From a virus, in the IMG/VR virus record IMGVR_UViG_3300013005_000034, positions 1-64,000 of that record: a stretch of DNA of 64,000 bases, one strand, 5' to 3'. Under the pieces are notes generated by a model. That model was not told where the DNA came from. It did no database searches and worked only from the letters and a program-made list of their open reading frames with translations. Positions 47,763 to 58,623 of this stretch are shown piece by piece. Both the position numbers and the translations under genes were made by a program. How positions within the stretch are numbered: the first letter of the stretch is position 1; every line of letters begins with the position of its first letter.

Positions 47763-48266
47763 TCAAATATAATTATAGTAATTGAATAAATTAACAGCAG
47801 GTGGAGCATAATTTTCAAATTTATTATCCACATATTCCTTTACTGCATTTTGTGTAGGATATAGAGTATTACTATTTCCTAAATTAATATCTGTTGATTT
47901 ATTAGCAACATTTTCAGGGGTAAACCCTAAAGCATTTTGTTTTTCATTAAAAGTATTCCAATCAGTTGAAGATAAATAACCATCAGTCGTGTTATTTGAT
48001 TGTGAAATACTAATATCGGGAGTATCACCCCCACTTGAAGATAAAGGTTCAGTTGCAGTAACATCAGTAACAGTTCCGCTTCCTCCTCCACCTCCTAATA
48101 CTAACCAATTTGTGCCATTTGAATAATAATATTCTCCATTCCAATAAACAATTCGCTTGGTATTAGAACTTGCAGGGCTTTGCGTTATATCCAAAGTATC
48201 AGCCTTTAGATTAACCACTTGGTTACTCTGCAAATCTACATTAACAAAAAATTTTCTTTCAGACAT
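47763..48266 (-). CDS. Fibre-type protein
   Basis: GTVTDV...GYLSSTDWNTFNEKQNALGFTPEN...YPTQNAVKEYVD. Confidence 0.7.
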   Translation of the reverse strand: MSERKFFVNVDLQSNQVVNLKADTLDITQSPASSNTKRIVYWNGEYYYSNGTNWLVLGGGGGSGTVTDVTATEPLSSSGGDTPDISISQSNNTTDGYLSSTDWNTFNEKQNALGFTPENVANKSTDINLGNSNTLYPTQNAVKEYVDNKFENYAPPAVNLFNYYNYI

Positions 48267-48342
48267 TATTATTTATTTAACACAAATATATAAAAAACGA
48301 AAAAAACTAAATCAATTTAATAATTAAGTTTTTTTTTTAAAA

Positions 48343-48370
48343 TATCCCCTCTATATTTCAAGAGGGGATT
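48343..48370. terminator. Intrinsic terminator for the 48380 gene
   Basis: atcccctct-atatttca-agaggggat. Confidence 0.6.
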
Positions 48371-48379
48371 ATTTAATTT

Positions 48380-50452
48380 TTATTTAGAAACACCTACACT
48401 TACAGATGCAGGAGGAGCAATGTTAGATTTTAATATAATTGTATTAACATTATAAAGTTCAACTGCAAATTCTACTAAATTACCTGAAACATAAGCAGAT
48501 ACTTTTGGAGAAGCAGATTCAATGTTATGAGCTACTTGTAAAGAGTAATAACCTTTTACAGCATCATAAGTCCAATCAGTATCAGCAAATGTTCCACTAA
48601 ATACAGCGTTACCTAATTGAGTATCTACATAGTTCTTAGTAGCAGCATCTTGAGCAGATGTTGGTTCAGGTAAGTTGTTAATAGTATTAGTATTTTGGAA
48701 GTCTAAGTTAGAAACAACATTTATAGTATCACTAACGTCTATACTGGAAAGTAAATTTGTATGAACTTCATTTCCTTTTATTTGTTCTGCATTATAAATA
48801 ACATTATTACCCATGTCAATATTACCTGACATAGTACCACCTGCTAAGTCTAATTTAAGAGCAAGACCAGCATCCGCATAATCTTCTGCATTTCCCTGAG
48901 CAAGTGCAGCAGTGTCATCTACATATTTTTTAGGAGTTGCATCAGCTACATTGATAGGAGTAGGTAAATTAGTAATAGCATTACCATTAGCATCTAATGA
49001 ATCTACTAAAGATGCTGATGTTAATCCTACGCTACTAATGTTATTTCCATTAGCATTGATACTATTGTTCAAAGATATATCTTGACCAGCTATACCACTT
49101 AAACTTGCAGCAGCTATATCATTAACATTACTAATATCATAACCTCCCATGTCAATACTACCCGACATAGTACCACCTGCTAAATCTAACTTAGTAGCAG
49201 CTAAACCATCTGTATAAGAATTAGCATTTGATTGTGCAGCATCAGCTTTTGCAGTAGCATCAGCAGAAGCAGTTGCTTCAGCATTTGATTGTGCAGTTGA
49301 AGCAGCAGTATCTACATAAATCTTACTGGCAGCATCATTATCAGCAATTGGGTTTGCTAAATCCGTTACAGAATTACCACCCATCTCAATATTGCCCGAC
49401 ATAGTACCACCTGCTAAATCTAACTTAGTAGCAAGACCAGTGTCAGTGTAACTATTAGCATTTGATTCTGCTGTATTAGCAGCATTTGTAGCAAATGTTT
49501 CAGCATTACTTTGAGCTGTGTTAGCAGCAGTTGTAGCAAAACTTTCAGCATTTGATTGTGCAGCATCAGCTTTTGCAGTAGCATCAGCAGAAGCATTTGC
49601 CTCAGCATTTGATTGTGCAGTTGAAGCAGCATTATCTACATAATCTTTGTTAGCTGCATCACCTCCGTTTACTGGAGCAGGTAAATTAGTAATAGCATTA
49701 CTATTAGCATCTAAAGCATTTGCTAATTTAGCATCATGAATAGGTGAAGCATTAGTATATATATCTCCACCTTCATTTACTGTTAAACCATTAGTATTAA
49801 CACCACCAGCAATAAAAGAATTAACATTACTAATATCATTACCATCCATATCAAGACTGCCACTCATTACTTGACTGCCATTTCTTGATAATTTATCATC
49901 TGTTAAACCACTAATTGAATTATTAATGTCAGCAAGTTGAGAAGAAGCAGCAAAAGTAGCAGGAGTTAATACAACTGCACCACCTTCTGTTCCAGCATCA
50001 ACCTCAGCTTGTGTAGCTAATCTTACAATACCATCTACTGAATCAGTAGCAATAACTACATTACCTTGAATAATTAACCAATCACCAATAGAAGCACCAG
50101 CAGCATCAACTTTAGCAATTAAAGAATCACCAACTTGAACTGATTCTCCTAAGAAAGAACCTGCTGTTTCTACAACCCAAAAGAAACCTTTTAAAGCTGA
50201 ACCATCTGTAATGTCTGGAGTGTTTGTTGACGCATCATAACCTGTTTGTAAAATCAAACCACCTGTTACTGCTGAAATATCAGACAAGTCAGCTACTTGT
50301 TGAACACTTGAACCATTATAGTATTCTAATCTTGTTCCATTGTACTGAAATGAACCACCTTTGGTCATATCAGAGTTCGAACCAATCGTTGCGTTGTTTA
50401 ACGCATTGCCTTGTAGATTAATATCTACAAAAAACTTTTTGTCTACTGCCAT
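48380..50452 (-). CDS. Trimeric fibre protein with internal repeats
   Basis: Repeated DAATKxYVD, KLDLAGGTMSG and AQSNAE units. Confidence 0.8.
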   Translation of the reverse strand: MAVDKKFFVDINLQGNALNNATIGSNSDMTKGGSFQYNGTRLEYYNGSSVQQVADLSDISAVTGGLILQTGYDASTNTPDITDGSALKGFFWVVETAGSFLGESVQVGDSLIAKVDAAGASIGDWLIIQGNVVIATDSVDGIVRLATQAEVDAGTEGGAVVLTPATFAASSQLADINNSISGLTDDKLSRNGSQVMSGSLDMDGNDISNVNSFIAGGVNTNGLTVNEGGDIYTNASPIHDAKLANALDANSNAITNLPAPVNGGDAANKDYVDNAASTAQSNAEANASADATAKADAAQSNAESFATTAANTAQSNAETFATNAANTAESNANSYTDTGLATKLDLAGGTMSGNIEMGGNSVTDLANPIADNDAASKIYVDTAASTAQSNAEATASADATAKADAAQSNANSYTDGLAATKLDLAGGTMSGSIDMGGYDISNVNDIAAASLSGIAGQDISLNNSINANGNNISSVGLTSASLVDSLDANGNAITNLPTPINVADATPKKYVDDTAALAQGNAEDYADAGLALKLDLAGGTMSGNIDMGNNVIYNAEQIKGNEVHTNLLSSIDVSDTINVVSNLDFQNTNTINNLPEPTSAQDAATKNYVDTQLGNAVFSGTFADTDWTYDAVKGYYSLQVAHNIESASPKVSAYVSGNLVEFAVELYNVNTIILKSNIAPPASVSVGVSK

Positions 50453-50520
50453 TTTTTTTTGTTTTTTATTTTTTTTATTTATATTCCCTCACCATGAGGA
50501 AAATGTTTTTTTATTTTAAA

Positions 50521-51090
50521 TCAGTTACAATACACATATCCCGTTATTGCTGAATTAAATTCAACTTTAACAGTATTATTATTTAACCAAGTTATATTAC
50601 CAATTATCTCTTGAAAATCATTATCTACAATCTGAACCGCACATCTTTTATCTAAATTATGATTTACCACCCAACTACTTGCATTTGTAATTTGTTGATA
50701 TACAAAATTTTTATCATTTCCTCCACCACCACCTGATGTAGTGTAAGTGAAATTTGCGTTCCACAAGGTATCTGAAATAGGTTTTACAGTAACATTTCCA
50801 TTATTTTGATTTATAACCAAATTAGAAATGTTATTAGAAAAAATTTCACCTGAATTTGTGCTAATAGTTATATTATTAACAGATGCGTTATTTGATATAT
50901 CTGTAACGGTTAAATTGAATATGCTACCGCCTAAATTAAATCCTGACCTCGAATTAAAGTTTATAATATCGCTTATTTTAGGGAGTATTAGATTAATAGC
51001 ACCCGAAGATGTATCACATAATATATTGACATCCGAAACAGATACATTTTGTGTACCTGCGTTTACTATTCGTGAATAAGGAAAAGTCAT
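50521..51090 (-). CDS. Virion protein
   Basis: C-terminal ASSWVVNHNL...GYVYCN domain. Confidence 0.65.
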   Translation of the reverse strand: MTFPYSRIVNAGTQNVSVSDVNILCDTSSGAINLILPKISDIINFNSRSGFNLGGSIFNLTVTDISNNASVNNITISTNSGEIFSNNISNLVINQNNGNVTVKPISDTLWNANFTYTTSGGGGGNDKNFVYQQITNASSWVVNHNLDKRCAVQIVDNDFQEIIGNITWLNNNTVKVEFNSAITGYVYCN

Positions 51091-51183
51091 TATTCTAAAC
51101 TACTTTCAACAAAGTTAAGATAAAAAAAAATTGATTTTATAACTTTATCCTATACGATAATTTAGTAAATATTGACAACAATA

Positions 51184-51573
51184 CTACTCGAAATTGTAAT
51201 AGTTGAAAAGTGCATCAGAAGTGGAATTTCCTCCACCACCTGCCGTAATACCTCCTTGTAAAGTCCAAGTATCAGCAGCTATTTTTATTAACTCACACAT
51301 AGCGTATTGAGCAATTAAATCTAAAACACCGCCTTGACTATTTATTGTAACTCCAACTCCACCATTTATAGAAGTTTGACCTGCACCTGCTTGGAGAACA
51401 TATACTCTTGTTCCTAATAGAAAATCTACTGTCGCATCATTTGGAATAGTAACCGTATTTGCACTACCTACATTCATTATAATCAAAGTAGAAGTATCAG
51501 TTTTTTGCAAAACATAACTTGCTACTTGATTATTAAGTTTTAAATTCTCGGTTTGTAAAAATTCTAAAGACAT
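51184..51573 (-). CDS. Virion protein, paralog of the 43109 N-terminal domain
   Basis: Direct sequence similarity. Confidence 0.7.
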   Translation of the reverse strand: MSLEFLQTENLKLNNQVASYVLQKTDTSTLIIMNVGSANTVTIPNDATVDFLLGTRVYVLQAGAGQTSINGGVGVTINSQGGVLDLIAQYAMCELIKIAADTWTLQGGITAGGGGNSTSDALFNYYNFE

Positions 51574-51588
51574 TTTTTATTTTTTAAA

Positions 51589-54021
51589 TTACCAAGCGAC
51601 TTCTTCAAAATAAACACTTGCTACAATTCTAAAAGTTGAGCCATTTGCTGTTGTTGGAGCAACCATTGTTAATTGTAAATCATTACTTCCACCAACTGCG
51701 TAAGTTAAATCAGATGTACTCATAGTTGCATCTGATTGATTTGCAACTCTTGTTTGTACGCCACTTATACTTGAAGTTCCACCAACACGTTTAAAGAAAA
51801 ATGTATCAGTTGCATATTTAACATCTCCAACAATAACTGTACCTGTACCAACTGATGTTGCAACCATAACCCACTTAACCATTACGTTCCAAGCTCTATT
51901 ATTTCCGTTTGGTAAAATTGTTTGAGAAGTACCATCAAGATATAATATAGATGTTCCTGCTGAATTTAATGTAGCTAATTTTCTTGCAATAACTTTTGAA
52001 GATTGAGCATCACCAACAGATGCGAAAAATCCACTTGAATAAGCGTTTTGAGAATATAAATAAGAGTAACCACCGTAGCCACCACTAATTGTAGAATAAG
52101 TACACGAAGCTGTGTTTAGATAACCACCACCTATTGTAGAAGTACAACCCGATGAATTATTGCAATAACCTCCACTTATTGTTGAATAATTGCCTGATGC
52201 TGTATTAAAATATCCAGCTCCAATGAATGAACCAATACCCGATGCGTTATTATTATATCCACCGCTTATAGTCGAATACTGTTGTGTTGTCAAATTTTGA
52301 AATCCACCTCCAATAGTTGAATATTTACCTGCATTACAAATTGTTGGTGCTACTGAAAAACAATTATTTGTGCTATCCCAAGTACCTCCTGTCGTATTAT
52401 TTCCAACGCCACCTGATACTGTTGCTCCTACGGAATAACATCCACTTGTTGAATTACAAATATTATTACATTGACCACCTCCAACAAAAGAATAGAAACC
52501 TTGTACTAAATTCGCATAACCTCCACTAATTGTTGAAATAATCCCTGATGCTGTATTACAAATACCACCCGATATAGTGCTTATCTCACCCGAAGCCACG
52601 TTATTTGCTCCGCCACCTATTGTACCGCAAGAGCAACTCGCTGTATTTCCATTACCACCCGATATTGTCGTGTTTGCTGCCGATGCTATATTACCTTCAC
52701 CGCCACCTATAACACTTGCAATTCCTGAAACTGTATTGCCATAACCACCACTAATAGTCGAACGATAAATAGTAACCGAATTAGCTGAACCTCCACCTAT
52801 CGTTGATGTATAACAAGAAATTATATTGTTATAACCACCCGAAATTGTAGAAAATGCTGCTATATTTGATACGCCACCATCTACACAATTTGCATAACCA
52901 CCCGATATTGTATTAGATGATGTACTACATTGAATAAGGTTTTTATATCCCCCCGAAACTGTATTGTTCCCTACAATATATGTTTTTCCACCAGTATAAG
53001 GAGTTGAATTAGTACATATACAATTTTGATAACCACCGCCTATAACATTAGGTAAACAAGCAACTATTTCACAATATGGAGTTGCTGCACATATTTTATT
53101 TTGAAAACCACCAAAAATTGAAGAGTATTTATAATCTATAAGATTTGAATCCCCTCCTCCTATTGAAGAATATAAACCCGATGCAGTATTTTGACGACCT
53201 CCGTTAATTGTTGAGTAATTTGCTGACGCTGAATTATTACGACCACCTGCAATGTTTGAATAATTACCCGATGAAGTATTTGCGAATCCACCTGCAACTG
53301 TTGAAAAACAAGCACTTGAAATATTCCCACTTCCACCACCTATGGTAGCATAATTAGCGGATGAAGTATTACAATATCCACCACTTATGGTAGTGTAATT
53401 ACAACTTGAATTATTATTTCGACCACCACTTATTGAAGAATATACACCCGATGCTGTATTCCCACATCCTCCACCTATTGTAGCATAGTTTTGATTTGAA
53501 GTATTATTAGCTCCTCCCCCTACATTAGCAAATAAACTTGATGCTGTGTTAAAACAGCCACCACTAATTGTAGTATAAGGTTTAGTTGCTGAATTAGAAT
53601 AACCTCCACTAACGATTGTATAATCACAACTTGATATATTGTTATATCCGCCACTAATAGTTGAGTAAACACCTGATGCAGTATTTCCACGACCTCCGCC
53701 AATGGTTGATAGATTACATGATGCTATATTATTATATCCTCCACTAACTGTTGTATAATCACAAGATGCAGTGTTACCTCTACCGCCACTTACAGTTGAG
53801 GAATAGTTTGATGATGTATTCTGATACCCTCCTCCAACGCTTGAATAATTACCCGATGCAGTATTATTAACTCCTAAAGCTGTTGAATAAATTCCCGAAG
53901 AACTATTACTATTCCCACAACGATATGAACTACCTGAACCTGCTCCAAGCAAAATAACAGCATTTCCACCGCCACCGCCTCCACCCGAAGTTCCTGTCCA
54001 TCCAAAATTTGAAATTTCCAT
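51589..54021 (-). CDS. YadA/Hep-Hag-like beta-roll fibre (about 15-aa STISGGxxN repeats)
   Basis: Dozens of tandem GGxxNxAS repeats, Cys-rich. Confidence 0.8.
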   Translation of the reverse strand: MEISNFGWTGTSGGGGGGGNAVILLGAGSGSSYRCGNSNSSSGIYSTALGVNNTASGNYSSVGGGYQNTSSNYSSTVSGGRGNTASCDYTTVSGGYNNIASCNLSTIGGGRGNTASGVYSTISGGYNNISSCDYTIVSGGYSNSATKPYTTISGGCFNTASSLFANVGGGANNTSNQNYATIGGGCGNTASGVYSSISGGRNNNSSCNYTTISGGYCNTSSANYATIGGGSGNISSACFSTVAGGFANTSSGNYSNIAGGRNNSASANYSTINGGRQNTASGLYSSIGGGDSNLIDYKYSSIFGGFQNKICAATPYCEIVACLPNVIGGGYQNCICTNSTPYTGGKTYIVGNNTVSGGYKNLIQCSTSSNTISGGYANCVDGGVSNIAAFSTISGGYNNIISCYTSTIGGGSANSVTIYRSTISGGYGNTVSGIASVIGGGEGNIASAANTTISGGNGNTASCSCGTIGGGANNVASGEISTISGGICNTASGIISTISGGYANLVQGFYSFVGGGQCNNICNSTSGCYSVGATVSGGVGNNTTGGTWDSTNNCFSVAPTICNAGKYSTIGGGFQNLTTQQYSTISGGYNNNASGIGSFIGAGYFNTASGNYSTISGGYCNNSSGCTSTIGGGYLNTASCTYSTISGGYGGYSYLYSQNAYSSGFFASVGDAQSSKVIARKLATLNSAGTSILYLDGTSQTILPNGNNRAWNVMVKWVMVATSVGTGTVIVGDVKYATDTFFFKRVGGTSSISGVQTRVANQSDATMSTSDLTYAVGGSNDLQLTMVAPTTANGSTFRIVASVYFEEVAW

Positions 54022-54040
54022 TTAATAAGTTTTAATAAGT

Positions 54041-54313
54041 TTAACGAGCAATTATTTCAATAGTTCCGCCAGTCGCATCAATTATAAATTCACTAATGTA
54101 TTTAGATTGTTCTGAACTTACTGTTACAGGCTCACCAACTACAAGTGGAATTGGAGCTGAACTTATAGCGCCTAAAGGCTTTGTTCCTGAATATGTACCT
54201 GCACCTGCTGTTAATTTTAAAGCAACTGCTGTAATACCAAATTCTTCATTTATAGTTAAAGTACCTGCTGATAAAACGTAGGTAAATATTGGTTGTTTCT
54301 TATCAAAACTCAT
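54041..54313 (-). CDS. Small all-beta structural protein
   Basis: 90 aa with alternating hydrophobic pattern. Confidence 0.55.
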   Translation of the reverse strand: MSFDKKQPIFTYVLSAGTLTINEEFGITAVALKLTAGAGTYSGTKPLGAISSAPIPLVVGEPVTVSSEQSKYISEFIIDATGGTIEIIAR

Positions 54314-54339
54314 TTTTATTTTATTTTTTCATAAAGCGA

Positions 54340-54702
54340 TTAAATATAGTCATCTAAATTTAATGGCTTTACTGGGTTTGTTTCTTTAAATAAATAAAGT
54401 AACGGTTCACAATCATCAGTTTTTGTGTAAATTCTTACATTTACTAAAGGTTCAGGTATTGAATTTTTTTTGGAAATAGTATCAATAATTGTATTTAACT
54501 TATTTCCTACCATAAAAGCAACTATTGAATTTAAGTTCAATGCTGTTGCGATGTTGGTTTGCTCTAAAATTTCCGAATTTTTCATAATCTCGTATTTAAG
54601 ATTATCATTTGGTTTAGAAATTTTAATTCTCAATTCCTTCTCGCTGATTTTGTGTTTGCTACTCAATGAACGAATTGCGTTTTTTAGTGTTTCCTTAATC
54701 AT
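54340..54702 (-). CDS. Hypothetical protein
   Basis: ORF track. Confidence 0.6.
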   Translation of the reverse strand: MIKETLKNAIRSLSSKHKISEKELRIKISKPNDNLKYEIMKNSEILEQTNIATALNLNSIVAFMVGNKLNTIIDTISKKNSIPEPLVNVRIYTKTDDCEPLLYLFKETNPVKPLNLDDYI

Positions 54703-54773
54703 AGTGTCTAATTTAGTTTGATTTGATTTTTATTTTGATTTTCTTTGGTTTTCACTTGACAAATTTAACAAAT

Positions 54774-55298
54774 TTAATCACATTTTTTAGCGTTTGGATT
54801 AGGTGTTAATAATTCTTGCAATGTAACATCTTCCTCAAAAGGTATTTCTTTTAATGAAATTCCTCCTGTTTTTGCTGAAAAATATCCTTTTGTTGTTATT
54901 ACAAGTTTTTCTTTGTCATAAATTATTGGTGCTATATTGGTTAAACCTGCTCTTAATAAATCTTTTGGATTAAACTCAAAGTCAAGTTTAATTGTAGTAG
55001 ACGATTTGCTATAAAGCGTTTGTTTTTCTATCTTTTTAATCTTAGTTATAAATAATTTATTTACATAAATATTAAAATTTAGATTTGAGATTTCTATTGT
55101 TAAATCACTTTCATTTACAATTTTAAAAAACAAAGTAATTTTTACGTTATCTAATCCTAATGTATGAATGATACCACCCGAAATAGTATAACAAGCATCT
55201 TTTAATAAGTTGAATTGATTTTTAAAGTATGCAATTAAACTAATTAAAGCTAAAGATATACCCCCTATTATTAATCCGTTTCTTAATCCTTTATTCAT
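54774..55298 (-). CDS. LEA_2-like protein with N-terminal TM
   Basis: TM followed by KIVNESDLTIEISNLNFNIYVN. Confidence 0.6.
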   Translation of the reverse strand: MNKGLRNGLIIGGISLALISLIAYFKNQFNLLKDACYTISGGIIHTLGLDNVKITLFFKIVNESDLTIEISNLNFNIYVNKLFITKIKKIEKQTLYSKSSTTIKLDFEFNPKDLLRAGLTNIAPIIYDKEKLVITTKGYFSAKTGGISLKEIPFEEDVTLQELLTPNPNAKKCD

Positions 55299-55336
55299 TT
55301 TTTAATTTTTTATCGAATGTTGCAAATATCGTGATT

Positions 55337-56884
55337 TTACATATCATTTTTAATCTGATAAAAGAAATCTTTTACCGAAACTTTTGATAATGGCACTAAA
55401 TTATCAAATTTATTTCCATTAATCGGCTTAACTTTATTTCTAAATAAATCAAAATTATCAGTTTTTGTTAAAAGTTTTGATTTTTCAAGCTGTTGCTGAA
55501 CTAAAATCAACTTAACTGACGATTGACCCTGAATAGTAAAGTTTGAAAGAGAAGTATTTGCATCTAAAGTAAAACCCCTATTACCAAAATCAATTTTTGA
55601 TACTGATGCTTGGAACTGATTAACATTCAAAGACAAAGCAGGGAATTTAGGATAGTAAAAAGCCTTACCATTTGCATCTTTTGTTGTTGCGTATATTACC
55701 TGATTTATGTTAGCAATGTTATTTGAATATAACATAAATTGCTTAACATTAACAGGGTTGTATAGTAAATCTCTTACAAAGTCGTTATAATTAAAGCTAC
55801 CACCTATGTATGTTGTTGTGGTTACAGCAGGGGAAACAAATCCCGATGTATTATTTGAGTTATTAGCAGTATATAAAGTGTTGCTTAAATTGTTATACGC
55901 AGAAGCTATTGGGCTACCTGCCATACTTATAGTTGATGCTACTGAATTAGTTATTGCATTTATTTCAACAATCGTATTTGAAAAAAAACAAGCAACATAT
56001 ATTATATTTAATTGAGAATTGTATGACAAATCAAAAGGGGAAGCACCAATAGGTATTGTAGCTATTACTGTATTAGTGTTACAATCTATAACTGAAATAT
56101 CATTACTGCCATTATTGCTTACATACATACAGTTATTAAATGGGCAATATTGAATATATATAGGTGAAGCACCAACGGGTATTGGTAAACCAACAACCGT
56201 ATTACTAAAACAATCTATTACATAAACGCCATTCGTTAATGTATCAGGGATATACATAGCGTTATTTGTAGTGTTATATTCTATTCTCAATGAACTTGTA
56301 GCTAATGGTATTGTAGATATAATTGTATTTGTATTACAATCTAAAATACCAATAACACTTGATATAAGTTGAGATACTACATAAATAGTATTATTTGTAG
56401 TGTTTAAAGCTAAACCATTTGTTCCAAAAAAAGGCAATAAAATTGTGGTAATGTCTAAATTAGTTGCGCAATCAACAACTCTAATTTGATTATTATTAAG
56501 ATATATATAAATAGTATTGTTAATACTATTATATAATACTTCTTGAGGTATTCCTATTGTTGCGGTAGAAGTAAATATTACTGAATTTGTATTACAATCT
56601 ATTACGTTAAAATCATTAGAACTTTGATTTATAACATACATAGTATTGTTCGTGGTATTGTAGGCTATATCTAATGGATTAGTTCCAACAGTAATAGGAG
56701 TTCCAACAACACTCGGAGGTAAAGTTGGTGCAGGTACGGTTTGAACATTTGTCAAAGTTGTTGTATTAAATAAATCATAACTTACAGGCAAACCAGTAGC
56801 ATTAACTAAATCAAATTCAGTCAAATAATACTGATTTTGATTTATGCCATACTTTTCTCCCTCTGTTTTATTAATTATACTCAT
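55337..56884 (-). CDS. YVTN-type beta-propeller inserted in a beta-sandwich protein
   Basis: About seven repeats of P..IAYN..NN.MYV.N..SN..SVIDCNTN.V. Confidence 0.75.
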   Translation of the reverse strand: MSIINKTEGEKYGINQNQYYLTEFDLVNATGLPVSYDLFNTTTLTNVQTVPAPTLPPSVVGTPITVGTNPLDIAYNTTNNTMYVINQSSNDFNVIDCNTNSVIFTSTATIGIPQEVLYNSINNTIYIYLNNNQIRVVDCATNLDITTILLPFFGTNGLALNTTNNTIYVVSQLISSVIGILDCNTNTIISTIPLATSSLRIEYNTTNNAMYIPDTLTNGVYVIDCFSNTVVGLPIPVGASPIYIQYCPFNNCMYVSNNGSNDISVIDCNTNTVIATIPIGASPFDLSYNSQLNIIYVACFFSNTIVEINAITNSVASTISMAGSPIASAYNNLSNTLYTANNSNNTSGFVSPAVTTTTYIGGSFNYNDFVRDLLYNPVNVKQFMLYSNNIANINQVIYATTKDANGKAFYYPKFPALSLNVNQFQASVSKIDFGNRGFTLDANTSLSNFTIQGQSSVKLILVQQQLEKSKLLTKTDNFDLFRNKVKPINGNKFDNLVPLSKVSVKDFFYQIKNDM

Positions 56885-57270
56885 TCGTATATTTTTGAAA
56901 TTATTTCAAGAAATTTTTTGTTTTCTTCTTCCGTTCTATTTATTAGTGTCTTATAAATTATATCGTAAAAACTTTTAACATCTTCAAATTTCATTTTCTC
57001 GATGGTTTCTTTTTTATCAACTAATTTACTTAAATCATAACCAAACTGAATAGGTTGTTCGAGATATTTAATCCCCTCAAAGAACTCATCAAGGTTATTT
57101 ATGTTTTTGTACCTCTCTCTTAATTCATTTAACTTTTGTTCGTCTTTACTTTTATTTCTTTTATCAATAAAGTATTTTACAGCAAAATATCCTCCGACTA
57201 AAATTGTTGGAAGAACAACCCATGCTGTTACTTTTGTTGCCTTACTATTTAAAATATTTTTAAAGTTCAT
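56881..57270 (-). CDS. N-terminal TM-anchored protein
   Basis: AWVVLPTILVGGYFAVKYF. Confidence 0.65.
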   Translation of the reverse strand: MNFKNILNSKATKVTAWVVLPTILVGGYFAVKYFIDKRNKSKDEQKLNELRERYKNINNLDEFFEGIKYLEQPIQFGYDLSKLVDKKETIEKMKFEDVKSFYDIIYKTLINRTEEENKKFLEIISKIYE

Positions 57271-57926
57271 TAAATTAAAATATCTAATAATCCGTTTGTA
57301 CCTACTAATTTTGTTATATAAGCAGATGGCTCTTTAGGTAAAATTGAAACCAAATCCTCTACACTACCTTTATGATTAATAGTTTTTTTAGCTATTTTAC
57401 CATAACGACCTGCATTATAAATTACTGCAACTTTATCTAAACGAGGAACTCCGTTTTCAGTAAACTCATCGGCTAATTGCTTAATTATTATACTACCTAT
57501 CAGAATGTTTAATTCAGGATTAAATAATTCTTTTTTACCAATCCACGTTTTACCTGTACTTTTTTGATTCTTTTTTAGTTTTTCAAGATTTTTCATCTTG
57601 CTACCTAAATGCTTTTTCAATATTTCTTCTTCATCGTTGCTTAATCTACCACTTGATTTTTCGTAAACTAAGGCATCTGATGCTGTCGCCAAACCAACCT
57701 GCATAATCCCGATGGCATAAACAGTTTCAGCAGTTTCCTTTCCACCTGATTCAATGAAAATGAAACTTTTTATTATTTCATCATTCAATCCAGTAATTTT
57801 AGAAATATTATTAATTATTTTACCATACTTAGTTACTATGACATCTTCAATTTTATCCTTAATCAAAGGAATTTGTTTAGCTTCATAGAATTTTAAAGTT
57901 GTTGCAGGTATTTTTAATTTTGCCAT
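57270..57926 (-). CDS. SLT-family lytic transglycosylase
   Basis: IESGG, AIGIMQV, LFNPELNILIG, YNAG. Confidence 0.8.
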   Translation of the reverse strand: MAKLKIPATTLKFYEAKQIPLIKDKIEDVIVTKYGKIINNISKITGLNDEIIKSFIFIESGGKETAETVYAIGIMQVGLATASDALVYEKSSGRLSNDEEEILKKHLGSKMKNLEKLKKNQKSTGKTWIGKKELFNPELNILIGSIIIKQLADEFTENGVPRLDKVAVIYNAGRYGKIAKKTINHKGSVEDLVSILPKEPSAYITKLVGTNGLLDILI

Positions 57927-57930
57927 GATT

Positions 57931-58095
57931 TTATTCTCTTACAAATTGTATTTTACTTTGTTTTGATTCTGCTGTTACTTTATTTTCATCTATGTTAGGT
58001 TCATTTTTTGAAAATTTCTTATAAAGAAAATATCCTCCTACCGCAAGTGCTAAACCACCCACAACATATAAAATAGTTTTTGTTGTATTGTTCAT
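57931..58095 (-). CDS. 54-aa TM-anchored protein (not in ORF track)
   Basis: ILYVVGGLALAVGGYFLYKK. Confidence 0.65.
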   Translation of the reverse strand: MNNTTKTILYVVGGLALAVGGYFLYKKFSKNEPNIDENKVTAESKQSKIQFVRE

Positions 58096-58098
58096 AAT

Positions 58099-58623
58099 TT
58101 AAACTAATTGATTACTTAATGTGTTTTTTATTGGATTCGCTAAAGGACTTTTTGTCAAATCTACAACTTCTTTTATAACTTTAAACTCTACTCTCCTATT
58201 TTTTTCTCTACCTTCTTCGGTTGAATTATCTGCAATAGGTTTTGTACTACCAAATCCATCTGCTTCAATTCTTGTAGGTTTTATACCTTTATCTTCTAAA
58301 TATTTCTTAACAGAGTTTGCTCTTGCTTTAGATAGCTTTAAATTATAATCAGCCGAACCTTTATTATCAGTATGACCTTCTAATTTTAAATTCCACTCTT
58401 TTTCTCTTAAAACATTTACTATTTCATCTAAAAAAGGAAATGAACTCGGTTTGATAACATCTTTGTTAAATTCAAACTGCAAATTATCATAAGCATCTTT
58501 GAAAACTTTTTCAGGACTTAAATTAGGTTTTGGTTTTGGCTTTCTTCTAAATGCTAAATACAACCCAAACGCTAAAGCAACTACTACTGCTCCCCCAATA
58601 ATTAATTTATTCTTATTATTCAT
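58099..58623 (-). CDS. OmpA C-terminal (peptidoglycan-binding) domain protein with N-terminal TM
   Basis: LEGHTD, YNLKLSKARA, GFGSTKP, NRRVEF. Confidence 0.9.
   Translation of the reverse strand: MNNKNKLIIGGAVVVALAFGLYLAFRRKPKPKPNLSPEKVFKDAYDNLQFEFNKDVIKPSSFPFLDEIVNVLREKEWNLKLEGHTDNKGSADYNLKLSKARANSVKKYLEDKGIKPTRIEADGFGSTKPIADNSTEEGREKNRRVEFKVIKEVVDLTKSPLANPIKNTLSNQLV

Noticed and set aside
48380-54021. Diversity-generating retroelement in the fibre genes
   Set aside because: The repeats are in-frame protein repeats; no reverse transcriptase or adenine-specific TR/VR pair was seen
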